Below are positions 7,033 to 16,672 of a DNA stretch of 41,718 bases, piece by piece (within the stretch, counting starts at the first letter, position 1; every line of letters starts with the position of its first letter). A program made the translations under genes and the position numbers. Source of the DNA: a virus (lineage: Duplodnaviria; Caudoviricetes). Location of the stretch: positions 1-41,718 of IMG/VR virus record IMGVR_UViG_3300028585_000037. One strand, written 5' to 3'. The notes under the pieces are model-generated. The model had not been told where the DNA came from. It saw only the letters and a program-made list of their open reading frames with translations, and did not search any database.

Positions 7033-10000
7033 TTATGCTGGTAGCGGCACCACCTCGGTAGCGATTGGCTTGCGGCCGTTCACCACGTCATCGAGGTGGG
7101 TTGCGGTGTTGCTGGTGTGGGTTGCGATGGCCAGGAGCCCGTCTTCCAGAGCGCTGCGCAGCTGGGCGTTCTCACGCTGCTGCGCCTCGATGACCGCCGC
7201 CAGGCGCCCCACTTCCTGCGCCAGTGCGTCGGCGTTACCGCCCGGGCTGGCCAGCCGGCGCATCAGCTCACGGTTGTCAGCCGCGGGAATGATCCGCTCG
7301 TCCTTGTGGATGTAGGCCGGCATGTCGTACGGCACAAGGTTCGTGCCGACGGCGAAGCCCTTGAGCTTGCGATATTCGTCACTGCCCTGGGCCGACTTGA
7401 TGAAGTCCGCGATTTCGGTCGCGTCCATCGTCGAGCCGTATGCCTTGGCGAAGAAGTCCATCCCGGCAGCATCCGGCGCCCGCCCCAGCACATCCTGATA
7501 AAGCTTGTTCAGGTTGGCCTCGGTCGAGCTCGCAATACCGTTCACGATTTCCGCGATCGGCATGCCGCCGGCGGCCGCGTTTTGCCAGTAGTCCATACCG
7601 GCAGCTTCTGGCGCGCGGCCCAGATACGTTTGGTATGCGCTGTTGATCGCGGCGCCAGCCGAGACCACTGGGTTGGCCCGCGCTGCAGCGAGCGCACCCT
7701 GCAGCCCGCGAACCGCATCGACGATTGACAGGCCCGTGGTGCTGATGCCTTTCAGGACGTCGATCTGCTCTTGCTCGCGCTCGAGCATCACACCCAGCTG
7801 CTTGGCCTGATCTTCGACCGCCTTCAGGCTGCGCTCTTCCACCGTGAGCGCGCTATCCGACAGCTTGGCCAGATCGGCCAGGTCTCCCTGAGTGCCGAAG
7901 AGGTCGCGCTGATAGTCCTGGTAGGTGGCGTAGCCGTCTGTCGACGGGCCGTTGGCGACCAGCGCCAAGGCCTTTTGCAACTTGTCGGCATCCGGCAATC
8001 CACCGCCGGCGCGGGCAATCGCCGCCGCGGCGCGCACCTCAGCCATTGCGTTGGCGCGGTCTGCCTCCTGCTGCTCTGGCGTGCGCATCCCGTTGAGCGA
8101 ACTGCGCAGCGCATCCGACAAGCTCTTCAGCTTGGAGACCGCCTCGCCGCGCGCGCGAACTTCTTCCTGCAGCGCATCCTGCTCGCGACGTACCACCTTT
8201 TGCACCACCGAAAAGGCGTTGTCCACGCCGCTGAGCAGCGACGACGCAGCGCTCTTCGTCTTCTGGATCCCCTCGGCCGCCTGCTCAGCCGCGGTCTTCT
8301 GCGCCTTGATGGCTTGGATCTGGTCGAACAGCGCGCGGTTGCTCTCGTCGAGCGCGGCGCGCTGCTGCGCCAGCAGTTGGGTTTCGGACAGCGTCAGCTG
8401 ATCGAGCTCCTTCTGCAGGTCAGCCCGCTCTTCGAAGATCGATGCGTCGACGTCGGCGATCTGCTTGAACGCCGGCGCGATCTGCATCAGCGTGGCGTAT
8501 GCACGCGCGCCGGCCTCGGTGGTCAGATCCAGACCGGTGACCACGCTGCGGAACTGCTGCAGCGAGTCGTCGGCGCCGGTCTTGATCCCGAACTGGTCGA
8601 GCGTTGGCGTGATGCGCGCACGCAGTGAGTTCGCGCGCTCCTGGTCGCTGTAGAAGTCGGACAGGAACTGGTCAGCGCTCGATGTGAATTCGTCCAGGCC
8701 GCCGACCAGGTCGATCAGCCGCTCACGCGCGCCAACCGACGCCAGGCCGACAGCGTCGAACGTCATCCCCATCGAATCGGTGACCACGGTCACGGCCTGA
8801 TAATTCGTGGCCACACGCGCCAAGGTTTCGAGGTAGCCCTCGCCCACCTTCTGGAACGGCTCCAGGCCACCCACGCCGAACTTGGCCAGGTCATCGCCGA
8901 CCTTCGAGAACACAGCCTCCAGCTCTTTCTGTATCTCGTCGTCCGACAGCCCTTTCAGGCTGATCTTGCCGATGTCGACCACGAAGCCATTGAGCTGCGC
9001 GGAGAACGCGTCGGCGCCCAAGCCGATCATCTGGCCGGCCTCGAACACAGTGTCGTACAGCGACATCAGGACGCTGGAGATTTGGCGGTTGCCCTCTTCG
9101 CCCAAGCCTTCGGTCTTCGTGCTGCGCTTGTCGCTACGGAACCAGCCGCCGTCCTTCTTGATGTCGGCGTACTGCATAGCGTTCAGGCCACCGCCGAAAA
9201 TGCCCGCGAAGTCCGTCTTGCCGACAGTGAAGCCGGTATCCTCGACGGACTGCTTCCCGCCGAAGATCGCGTTGCTGATTTTCCCAAGCTGCTTGCCAAA
9301 GACAGCGCCGATGACGGCTCCTGCCGCCATGCCCAGCGGCCCGGCGATTGCTCCCAGCGTAGTGAGCGACGTGGCGCCGGTGACACCCATGGTCATCGCG
9401 CCAGCTACCGCGCCGCCAGCCAGGCCGCCGGCAACGCCTCCAGCTAACATGCCGGTCGAGTTCAGCCCTTTTTTGTTGAGCCCACTACCAGCAAGGTCAG
9501 CGCCAAAATCACCGGTCACACCGGTGGTGCGAACCAGCAGCGAGGCAAATTGTCCGATGCCGGCCTCAATATTGCGCAGCGAGGTCAGCATGCCGTTGCT
9601 GATGCCCAGGCCCTGCAGTGTCGCGCCCTCAATGGCGTCGAGCGCGCGCGCGATCGATTCCGACTTAGCGCCCGAGCCCAGCACCGAGCCGGTACCCTGC
9701 TTCTTCTGCCGCTCTTCTGACAGGCTTGGGCTGCTACCACCACCGATACCGCCGATGGCAACGCCCAGGCCGGCAACGATCGCCGCCATGGCCGCCATGC
9801 GCACCGGCGCCGAGTAGACGTCGCCGCCGGTTCCCTGGTGCAGAACAGCAGCAATTCCCTTCGGCACCAGCTCCGCCAGCGTCATCGCCAGCTCGGCCGC
9901 GTGGAAGACCTGCGATGCCGCCTGCAGCGCCTTGTAGCCCCGGCTCTGCTCACCGAAGAAGCCGGCCGCTGCGCTGGTCATGTTGCCGTAGCTGGCCAGG

Positions 10001-13000
10001 TGATTCTTGGTGCTTTCGCGGTTCAGCTGGTCGACGATCTCCAGGTGCTCGACCTCAGTCTTTTTCCCGTTTTGCAGCAGCATGTCGGCATTGGCGCGCT
10101 CCTCGGCAATCTTCGCCTGGCGCCGGCCGAAAGCATCCAGCGTGCTGGTCATCTTCGAGATCGAATCACCGGCAACGCCGAACGATTCGCGGAGTGCCTC
10201 GCCGAAGGTCTGGGCTCTGGTGGGGTCGAGGAATTCTTTCAGGCTCTCCTGCGCCTTTTTGTTGGCGTCATCGATCCCTTCCTTCACTACCCCTTGCTGC
10301 TTGGCCAGCGCCAGATTACGCAGTTCAGCAGCCTGCCGACGGTATATCTCAGCCGTTACGCTACCTGCCTGTTTTGCCTCAAGCTCTGCTGCGGTCTGCT
10401 CCTTCAGTGCTGCAGTCTCGAGCATGCGCTCGGCGCGCAGCACCGCGACAGCCTCTTTGCTCAACCCGATCTCTTCGTTGGCCAGGCGCTGGGCCTTGAC
10501 CTGATCCTCCAGGCCGACCAACTCCGCATTTGCCGCCGCCACGCCCTGCATATAAAGGTCCAGGCTGGCTTGCGAGCGGTCGCGCAGGGCGGCAGCCAGA
10601 TCGTGCTCGAGCTGGATTGCACGACTCGTGCGTTGTTCGTCCAGCTTCTTGATCTGACCGGTGAGATCAATCTGATCACGCTGGCTACCAATCTTGGCGC
10701 GCGCCAAGCCGAGCTGCTCCTGCAGGCCGCGCTTGGCGGTATCGATCTGCGCCAGTTCCTCCGCAGCCGTGCGACGAAGTGCGTCGTCCTCGGTAATTTC
10801 GCCGGCATCACGCTGCGCTTTGATCTGTGCAAGCGCTCGTTTCGACAGCTCGTCCTCAATTTCACCGCGTTTGCGTAAGGCGGTCATGCTGGCGTCAATC
10901 CCGGCCAGGAAGACATCGTTGTACTCGCGGCGGATCGCGAGCTTCTGCTTATCGATTTCCGCTTGAGGAATGCCCACTTCGGTGCCGCGGGTCTGCGCTG
11001 CCATCAGTGCATCATCGCGCAGCTGCTGACGGGTCTTCAGGATCTTTTGCTTGTCCGCCCACTCACGCTGAACCGCTTCACGCTGAGTTTTCAGGCTCTC
11101 GTCTTCGGCCGCTTTGTTTGAAACCGCGGCCTTTTTGTTGATGCTGTCGATTTCACGCTGGTTGGCGGCCACCATTGCTTCGACGCCAAGAACGTCGCGA
11201 TCTTTGGACGGATCGTACTTGTCCCCGGCGCGCAGCTTTCCGACTGCCTTCAGTCGATCAATCTGCTTGTCGTATTCCCGGTTCTGGGCCTCCAACGCGG
11301 CGAGCTGCATCTTCGGACCGTCTTCGCGGCCGCCAAAAAATCCTACTACGGCATCCCAGGCAGCACTGCCCGAATTCTTGATGTTGATCCAGCCACGATC
11401 CCATGCTCCAAGGGTCTCGAGTACTTTCTCTTTTTGTTTCGCAATGCCGTCCGCATAGGCGTTTTGCGCGATACTCGCCGCCTCGATCATGCGGCCTTGT
11501 TCTTGTGCTGCTTTCACGGCGAGGTAGGTCTCGGTGGTAACGAAGCCGTATTGATCGCCCATCGCGCGCAATGCGGTGAGCGGGTCCTTGCCGAGTGCAG
11601 CGAATTCCTTCGCGGTGTCTTCGACGCTTTTCCCGAGCACGCGCTGCGCGTCGACAGCGACGGTACCGAATCGCTCCAGGTTGGAGCCGGCGATCGCGCC
11701 GGTGCTTGCTAGGGTCGTCAGTGCTTTAGCCGATACCGCTTGCGAGCCGTTGGCCTTCTCCATATTCGCTGCCATGTCGGACAGCTGGCCGGCAGTGGTG
11801 CCGGCGAAGTTGCCCGTCATGATGAGCGCGCGCGAGTAGCGGACCGTCTCATCGTGGCCGGCTTTGAATGCAATCGCGCCAGTGGCGACCAGGCCAACCG
11901 TCACGGTGAACGGATTGATCAGGCCCAGGGCTGCACTCCCGAGCGCCTTCGCTGCGGCGCCAGCGCCGCCAAACATGTCGCGCAGCTGGCCGCCCTGCTG
12001 GAGGAACACAGTCAGCGGCGCCTGGCCGCCCTGCAGGCTGACAATAATGTCGGTCATCTGCGCTGGCACGCCGCGGAGCGCGGCATTCATGGCCGCCGCC
12101 GACATGCCGCCGTCACGGAACGCGTGGTCTTGCGCACGTAGCTGGTCAAGGAACGGCTTGGCCTGGGTCGCGACGCCCAGCTGCGCCGCCTGAAGCTCAA
12201 GCATTTCAGTGCGGGTCTTGCCGATCGCGGTTGCCTGCTGCTCCAGGCCTTTGAGGAACGAGTCGCGGCTATTCCGCGCAGCAGTCGCTTCGCGCTGCGC
12301 TTGAGCCTCCATGCGTGCGCCGTATGCCGCCTGCTCTTGAGCCAGGCGCAAATCGCGCAGCCGTGCAATCAGCGGATCTGCCGCGGTTGCGGTGCCGAGC
12401 TGCGCGGCGCGGTATCGAAGGACCTCATCGGTCGACAGTCCGAACAGCGCAATCTGCTCACGCAAGCCGTGGAGGAAATTGTTACGCGACGCGTCAGCTT
12501 GAGCCGCCTCACGCTGCGCCAGCGCCGCAGCGCGCGCAGCTGCCTCGACCTGCTCCTGAGCGACGCGCATGTTCTGCAGTTGCAGAATCAGGTGCGCCGC
12601 CTCCTGAGCGGCGCCGGCCTCTGCCGCACGGAATCGCAGGACTTCTTCAGTTGATTTACCGAACAGGGCGATCTGCTCGCGCAGGCCAGCCAGGAACGAT
12701 TCCTTGTTCGCCTGAGCCTGCGCCAGCTCGCGCGCTGCAGCTGCCTGCGCGCGCGTGGATTCCGTGGCCTGCGCTTGGGCTGCCTCGACAGCCCGCAGTT
12801 GGTTGAGGTACGGCGTCAGTGACGCCGGGTCCACATTGCGTTGGCGTGCCTGCGCCTCATAGTAGGCTGCGGTGGTGCGGCCGCCGGCTTCCATGGCCAT
12901 GGTCGTGCGCTGGATCGAGGCAATGATATTGCGCTGCGATGCTTCGACAGTGCGCGCGGCGCTGGCCGCTCGCTGACCGGTCTGGGTGATTGCCTGGCCA

Positions 13001-13098
13001 GTGCGATTGGCGGCATCAACTGCAGGACGCAAGCCTGCCTCGACACCCGAGGCATCAGCCACCACCCGAATTGTTGCGTTGTTGACTATATCGGTCAT
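7033..13098 (-). CDS. Tail tape measure protein with C-terminal DUF4214-like repeats
   Basis: 2021 aa, Ala/Gln-rich; lambda-type TMP motif QMTDIIVSLQGGQAPLTVFLQQGGQLRDMFG; two YQxxLGRAP[ED]AAGMD repeats; follows the chaperone pair. Confidence 0.95.
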   Translation of the reverse strand: MTDIVNNATIRVVADASGVEAGLRPAVDAANRTGQAITQTGQRAASAARTVEASQRNIIASIQRTTMAMEAGGRTTAAYYEAQARQRNVDPASLTPYLNQLRAVEAAQAQATESTRAQAAAARELAQAQANKESFLAGLREQIALFGKSTEEVLRFRAAEAGAAQEAAHLILQLQNMRVAQEQVEAAARAAALAQREAAQADASRNNFLHGLREQIALFGLSTDEVLRYRAAQLGTATAADPLIARLRDLRLAQEQAAYGARMEAQAQREATAARNSRDSFLKGLEQQATAIGKTRTEMLELQAAQLGVATQAKPFLDQLRAQDHAFRDGGMSAAAMNAALRGVPAQMTDIIVSLQGGQAPLTVFLQQGGQLRDMFGGAGAAAKALGSAALGLINPFTVTVGLVATGAIAFKAGHDETVRYSRALIMTGNFAGTTAGQLSDMAANMEKANGSQAVSAKALTTLASTGAIAGSNLERFGTVAVDAQRVLGKSVEDTAKEFAALGKDPLTALRAMGDQYGFVTTETYLAVKAAQEQGRMIEAASIAQNAYADGIAKQKEKVLETLGAWDRGWINIKNSGSAAWDAVVGFFGGREDGPKMQLAALEAQNREYDKQIDRLKAVGKLRAGDKYDPSKDRDVLGVEAMVAANQREIDSINKKAAVSNKAAEDESLKTQREAVQREWADKQKILKTRQQLRDDALMAAQTRGTEVGIPQAEIDKQKLAIRREYNDVFLAGIDASMTALRKRGEIEDELSKRALAQIKAQRDAGEITEDDALRRTAAEELAQIDTAKRGLQEQLGLARAKIGSQRDQIDLTGQIKKLDEQRTSRAIQLEHDLAAALRDRSQASLDLYMQGVAAANAELVGLEDQVKAQRLANEEIGLSKEAVAVLRAERMLETAALKEQTAAELEAKQAGSVTAEIYRRQAAELRNLALAKQQGVVKEGIDDANKKAQESLKEFLDPTRAQTFGEALRESFGVAGDSISKMTSTLDAFGRRQAKIAEERANADMLLQNGKKTEVEHLEIVDQLNRESTKNHLASYGNMTSAAAGFFGEQSRGYKALQAASQVFHAAELAMTLAELVPKGIAAVLHQGTGGDVYSAPVRMAAMAAIVAGLGVAIGGIGGGSSPSLSEERQKKQGTGSVLGSGAKSESIARALDAIEGATLQGLGISNGMLTSLRNIEAGIGQFASLLVRTTGVTGDFGADLAGSGLNKKGLNSTGMLAGGVAGGLAGGAVAGAMTMGVTGATSLTTLGAIAGPLGMAAGAVIGAVFGKQLGKISNAIFGGKQSVEDTGFTVGKTDFAGIFGGGLNAMQYADIKKDGGWFRSDKRSTKTEGLGEEGNRQISSVLMSLYDTVFEAGQMIGLGADAFSAQLNGFVVDIGKISLKGLSDDEIQKELEAVFSKVGDDLAKFGVGGLEPFQKVGEGYLETLARVATNYQAVTVVTDSMGMTFDAVGLASVGARERLIDLVGGLDEFTSSADQFLSDFYSDQERANSLRARITPTLDQFGIKTGADDSLQQFRSVVTGLDLTTEAGARAYATLMQIAPAFKQIADVDASIFEERADLQKELDQLTLSETQLLAQQRAALDESNRALFDQIQAIKAQKTAAEQAAEGIQKTKSAASSLLSGVDNAFSVVQKVVRREQDALQEEVRARGEAVSKLKSLSDALRSSLNGMRTPEQQEADRANAMAEVRAAAAIARAGGGLPDADKLQKALALVANGPSTDGYATYQDYQRDLFGTQGDLADLAKLSDSALTVEERSLKAVEDQAKQLGVMLEREQEQIDVLKGISTTGLSIVDAVRGLQGALAAARANPVVSAGAAINSAYQTYLGRAPEAAGMDYWQNAAAGGMPIAEIVNGIASSTEANLNKLYQDVLGRAPDAAGMDFFAKAYGSTMDATEIADFIKSAQGSDEYRKLKGFAVGTNLVPYDMPAYIHKDERIIPAADNRELMRRLASPGGNADALAQEVGRLAAVIEAQQRENAQLRSALEDGLLAIATHTSNTATHLDDVVNGRKPIATEVVPLPA

Positions 13099-13158
13099 GG
13101 TGGGCTTTCAATATTGGAAAGACTCCGGCGGTCGCGCGCGGGGCCTCTCGTGGTGGTG

Positions 13159-13464
13159 CTAGTCTTCTCGATCATTCATGGCACCGAGGGCGGCGTACTC
13201 CATCGTCTGGATGTCCGCCTCGAGGTCGTCATAATCGTCTGGCGCCAGGCCCATGCGGTCCATCTTGCGGTGTAGTGGACCGTAGTCGAGACCAGTGGCG
13301 CCGGCCATGCCGACTCGCCACTGCGTGCGCATGAACGAGAACAGCGCATAAGATCGCCAATTTTCCGGCCAGACTTCGACCAGCTCTTCCGGAAAATCCT
13401 CTGGCGTCAGGCACGCCGCTTCCATTTCCGCCAGATCCTTTTTCGTCAGACCCGGCTTGTACAT
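13159..13464 (-). CDS. Tail assembly chaperone, T part (DUF1799-like), expressed by -1 frameshift
   Basis: VWPENW, TQWR and GLDY motifs; in the -1 frame of the upstream chaperone. Confidence 0.85.
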   Translation of the reverse strand: MYKPGLTKKDLAEMEAACLTPEDFPEELVEVWPENWRSYALFSFMRTQWRVGMAGATGLDYGPLHRKMDRMGLAPDDYDDLEADIQTMEYAALGAMNDRED

Positions 13465-13481
13465 GGCTTCGGCGATCGCCT

Positions 13482-13934
13482 TCAGTTTCCCAGGCGGCCT
13501 TCGTTGATCGCGGTGCGGTAGTCGTCCTTGATCGCGTCGGCCATGGCCGGCAGCGTGTCGACCAGCTCGGCGACCGATTCCTTGTCGAGATCAGCGTCCA
13601 GGTTCCAGCCCTTGACGATTTTCAGGATGTAGTCGACCGCGACGCCAGCCTGCCGCTTCACGATCTCGGTCTGGGTGGTGGTGAATTCCGGGATCGGCTC
13701 GCCGGTCACCTTGGCCTTCTCGACGGCGGCCTTGAAGCGCTCGATCTCGACGTTCGCTTCGTCCTTCATCTTGGCTTGCAGCTCGTCGATCAGCTCGGCC
13801 AGCTCGGTGCGGCTACGGTACTTGTATTCGACTTCAACGCAACCGGTCGAGCCGTCCAGCATGTTGGCGTGCACGGTTTTCTTGAAGCTCTCCGGACGCT
13901 TGCCCAGGACGATTTTGGTAGCTTTGGTTGCCAT
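13482..13934 (-). CDS. Tail assembly chaperone (G-like)
   Basis: Between the tail tube gene and TMP; GWNLD motif; ends RLGN. Confidence 0.85.
   Translation of the reverse strand: MATKATKIVLGKRPESFKKTVHANMLDGSTGCVEVEYKYRSRTELAELIDELQAKMKDEANVEIERFKAAVEKAKVTGEPIPEFTTTQTEIVKRQAGVAVDYILKIVKGWNLDADLDKESVAELVDTLPAMADAIKDDYRTAINEGRLGN
13485..13491 (-). other. -1 programmed ribosomal frameshift site G GGA AAC
   Basis: X XXY YYZ heptamer in the last codons (CTG GGA AAC TGA); the -1 frame reads GGG AAA CTG AAG GCG ATC GCC GAA GCC ATG TAC into the T ORF. Confidence 0.88.
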
Positions 13935-13967
13935 GATTTTTGTCTTTCAGTGGGATAGAACAGGAAT

Positions 13968-13995
13968 AAAAAAACCGCGAGGGGCGACCCCGCGG
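13968..13995 (-). terminator. Intrinsic terminator after the major tail gene
   Basis: CCGCGGGG-TCG-CCCCTCGCGG followed by a T run on the minus strand. Confidence 0.65.
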
Positions 13996-14040
13996 CTGGA
14001 AAGGCCAGCGCCGACCGTTCGGCGCCAGCTGGCAAAACAC

Positions 14041-14688
14041 TTACGACGCGTAGCGGACCGGGCGGCCCTGCATTGCGCAGCCGGCCTTGACGGCCATGAC
14101 GTTGCCCTTGGCCATGCTCGGGGTTTCGTCGAAGCTGATGAAGCCGGAGAACAAGATCTTGCTGCCGCTCGGCAAGTCGGCGCGGATCGCCGCGATCTTG
14201 CGCGAGTCCGCAATCTTCTTCATCGCGGCGTGGTGCGGCAGCGCTGGGTCGTCGGCGATCGTCATCGCCAGGCTCTGGGCGTTGTAGCCGTCCGGGAGGT
14301 TGATGTCGTTCTCGTTGTCGAGCAGGCTGACCGACACGTACTTCGGATCGCCGCCGGACGGTTCGGCTGTCAGCACCTGCTGGATCGGCACCCAGGTGGT
14401 GATCTTGCGCAGCGTGCCGCCGGCCATACCGACCGGGAACAGGTTCACTTCGGTGGTGTCCATGCCTTCCAGCGTGGCGGAGGTGCCGGTGACCGCCTTG
14501 GCGCGGAAAATGCGGTTGGTCATGCGACTCCAGCCGCCGACGTACTCGAGGTAATCGCCGACAGCGAACGTATTGGCCGCGGTGGTCAGGACGGTTTCGG
14601 TCGCGTTGCTGGCGGCGGAAACAGCGATTGCAGTGGCGTACGCGGTTGCGATTGCATACGCGGTGCCGGTAGGGAGCGAGAGAGCCAT
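14041..14688 (-). CDS. Major tail (tube) protein
   Basis: 215 aa, MALSLPTG start, SGGDPKY motif; canonical position after the tail terminator. Confidence 0.85.
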   Translation of the reverse strand: MALSLPTGTAYAIATAYATAIAVSAASNATETVLTTAANTFAVGDYLEYVGGWSRMTNRIFRAKAVTGTSATLEGMDTTEVNLFPVGMAGGTLRKITTWVPIQQVLTAEPSGGDPKYVSVSLLDNENDINLPDGYNAQSLAMTIADDPALPHHAAMKKIADSRKIAAIRADLPSGSKILFSGFISFDETPSMAKGNVMAVKAGCAMQGRPVRYAS

Positions 14689-14745
14689 TTGGGCCTTTCA
14701 GTTAAAAAGCCCGTTTCCGGGCCCGTTGCGCCCGTTCGGGCAATG

Positions 14746-14777
14746 AAAAAAGCCGCCCGGATTGCTCGGGGCGGCTT
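14746..14777 (-). terminator. Terminator-like hairpin upstream of the major tail gene
   Basis: AAGCCGCCCCGAG-CAA-TCCGGGCGGCTTTTTT on the minus strand; two further hairpins at 14704-14741. Confidence 0.6.
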
Positions 14778-14795
14778 GGATGGGGTGTTACTGGG

Positions 14796-15146
14796 TCAGC
14801 AGAACAACATGAATTCCTGAATGGCCCCGCGGTCCTTCGTGACCTCGTCGTAGTCGTCGCGCGCGCCGCCGAGGTCTTCAGCCTGCAGGTGCACCGCGGA
14901 GCGCAGCGCATCCTCTACTTCGGCGGCCAGGCGAAACGCTTCGATTGAGGTGCCTGCCCAGATGTTGATTTGCACCCGGACGAAGCGCCTGGCCGGCTTC
15001 TCACCGGTGACGAAGTTGACCGGTGCGCCGCCGACAATCTGAAACGTGACGTACGGCGTCGCGGTGCCTTCATCAGCGATTCCCGGAAAAACTCGGCCCT
15101 CGGCAAGATCGCCCAGCGCAGCGAAGATTTCTTCGTGTGGTGTCAT
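14796..15146 (-). CDS. Tail terminator/completion protein (DUF3168-like)
   Basis: TPYVTF and VQINIWA motifs; synteny. Confidence 0.85.
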   Translation of the reverse strand: MTPHEEIFAALGDLAEGRVFPGIADEGTATPYVTFQIVGGAPVNFVTGEKPARRFVRVQINIWAGTSIEAFRLAAEVEDALRSAVHLQAEDLGGARDDYDEVTKDRGAIQEFMLFC

Positions 15147-15670
15147 GCCGCATTCCTTGCAAGTTGCTCAGCTAGCGTGCGCGTCATCAGGTCTACGGCG
15201 TCCTGCTTCCTGCCCTCGTAGGCTGGCCGCATGAACGGATATGGGCGCGCTCGTTTAGTGCCGAATTCCAGCTCATCAGCGAGCCTTGCTGCTTCACGAT
15301 GCTGTTTCCAATTTCTTTTCCGGCCAGTCCGGGGATTGATGTTTTTATTCGGAGGAACGAACTTGTGCCCCCGCTCCACCCAGCGCCAGTAATAGCCGCC
15401 TGGGCTGGACGACGTTCCCTTGCGGACCGTAACTATGTAGACCTGTTTCTTGCCGCCGTCAGACTCCTCTTCCAGGCGCTTCACGATGATGTTGTCGAAC
15501 AGGACGCCGGTTTTTTTATTGGCCAGCGCGTTCTGTTTTACCTGGTCGCGGAACAGGTCGGCGCCGGCGAAGCCAACAGTGCGCAAGGTCGATTCATCGA
15601 CAGAGTTGACCACCTGCTCAGCCGTGTCTCGGACAACGTCGACCAGGTTAGATGGATCGAAGTCGATCAT
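15143..15670 (-). CDS. HK97 gp10-family tail-completion protein
   Basis: YWRWVERG and EFGT...PFMRPAY motifs. Confidence 0.88.
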   Translation of the reverse strand: MIDFDPSNLVDVVRDTAEQVVNSVDESTLRTVGFAGADLFRDQVKQNALANKKTGVLFDNIIVKRLEEESDGGKKQVYIVTVRKGTSSSPGGYYWRWVERGHKFVPPNKNINPRTGRKRNWKQHREAARLADELEFGTKRARPYPFMRPAYEGRKQDAVDLMTRTLAEQLARNAA

Positions 15671-15972
15671 TTGACGCTCTCACAGACCAGAAACACGAAA
15701 TCGCGATCTGCCGAGTCCGGCAGCACTGCCTGGATGTTGTAGTCGACGCCCTGATAGCGCGCCCCCATTGATGCGTCGACGTCGCGACGCGCGCGGATGC
15801 GGATCGAACACTTCACGATCGACACGTCGGCGTCAGCGCGCAAGACCTCGGCGCCGGTCTGGAACCTCACGTTTGCCCAGGTAGACTTATAGACCGCCCA
15901 GCCTTTGGCACGCTGGCCAGCGCCATCGCGGGCAGCGGCGGGCCTTAGCAGTTGGATTCGATGATTCAGCAT
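15667..15972 (-). CDS. Head closure / head-tail adaptor (SPP1 gp16-like)
   Basis: LNHRIQL..RDGAGQ..W..WA and IRIR motifs; probable ATG 15972. Confidence 0.85.
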   Translation of the reverse strand: MLNHRIQLLRPAAARDGAGQRAKGWAVYKSTWANVRFQTGAEVLRADADVSIVKCSIRIRARRDVDASMGARYQGVDYNIQAVLPDSADRDFVFLVCESVK

Positions 15973-16529
15973 CCGTACACCACTTCCGGCCACAGCAGCC
16001 GCTTCACGTGTTCGCTTTTCGGCTGGCCGCCGGATTGGAAGTGCTCGCCCAGGCGCGCCAGAATGAATCCGGAAATCGCATCCGGCACCAGAGCAGCGTC
16101 GTCGCCATAGCCGCAGGTGATTTGTACCTCGACAGCATTGATTCGGTGTGCAGTCGCCGGCCAGGCACGACCGGGCGCCAGTACGATTTCGCCTGGCTCA
16201 CCCTCGCCATCGACCTGGTAGTCCTGCGGGTCCAGGGTTTGCTGCGCGCCGGCGGCGTCGAAGAATTTAATGTGGTCAACCTGCAGCAGCGGCGGCCGGC
16301 GCAGCGTGAATTTTGCCGGGAACGCATCGAGTGTCAGGCGCCAGGTCTGCTGCATGACTGCGCGGTTGGTCTCGCCTTCTGCTTCAGTGGTGTAGGTCCG
16401 GATAGCACGCCGGATCTCCCCGTCCAGCGGCGTGGTGCCGTCGTCCTCAACATCCACCCGAGCAGCCGCGCGAGCTTCGTCCATCGAAACAGCCAGTGCA
16501 GTTGGTGGGGTGATCAGTTTCCAGCTCAT
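15966..16529 (-). CDS. Head-tail connector (HK97 gp6-like)
   Basis: AEGETNRAVMQQTW and CGYG..VP motifs; probable start MSWKL at 16529. Confidence 0.85.
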   Translation of the reverse strand: MSWKLITPPTALAVSMDEARAAARVDVEDDGTTPLDGEIRRAIRTYTTEAEGETNRAVMQQTWRLTLDAFPAKFTLRRPPLLQVDHIKFFDAAGAQQTLDPQDYQVDGEGEPGEIVLAPGRAWPATAHRINAVEVQITCGYGDDAALVPDAISGFILARLGEHFQSGGQPKSEHVKRLLWPEVVYGC

Positions 16530-16672
16530 CGTGTGGCCCTCTGTGTTGCCTCGGGGCGCAGCGGACCGGAAGTCCCTCCCGGCGCCGCCGGCGCCCGCAC
16601 GTACTCGGCGGCCTGCTGCTCTTGCTGCAGCACTTCGCTCGGCACGCGCGGCAATTGCGATGCGTCGATCAT
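16526..16672 (-). CDS. 48-aa small ORF, translationally coupled on both sides (not in the ORF track)
   Basis: MIDASQLPRVPSEVLQQEQQAAEYVRAPAAPGGTSGPLRPEATQRATR; TGATG overlap with the upstream stop and ATGA overlap with the connector start. Confidence 0.55.
   Translation of the reverse strand: MIDASQLPRVPSEVLQQEQQAAEYVRAPAAPGGTSGPLRPEATQRATR

Noticed and set aside
12130-12710. Three ~73-aa repeats in the tape measure N-terminus
   Set aside because: Real, but ordinary for tape measure proteins
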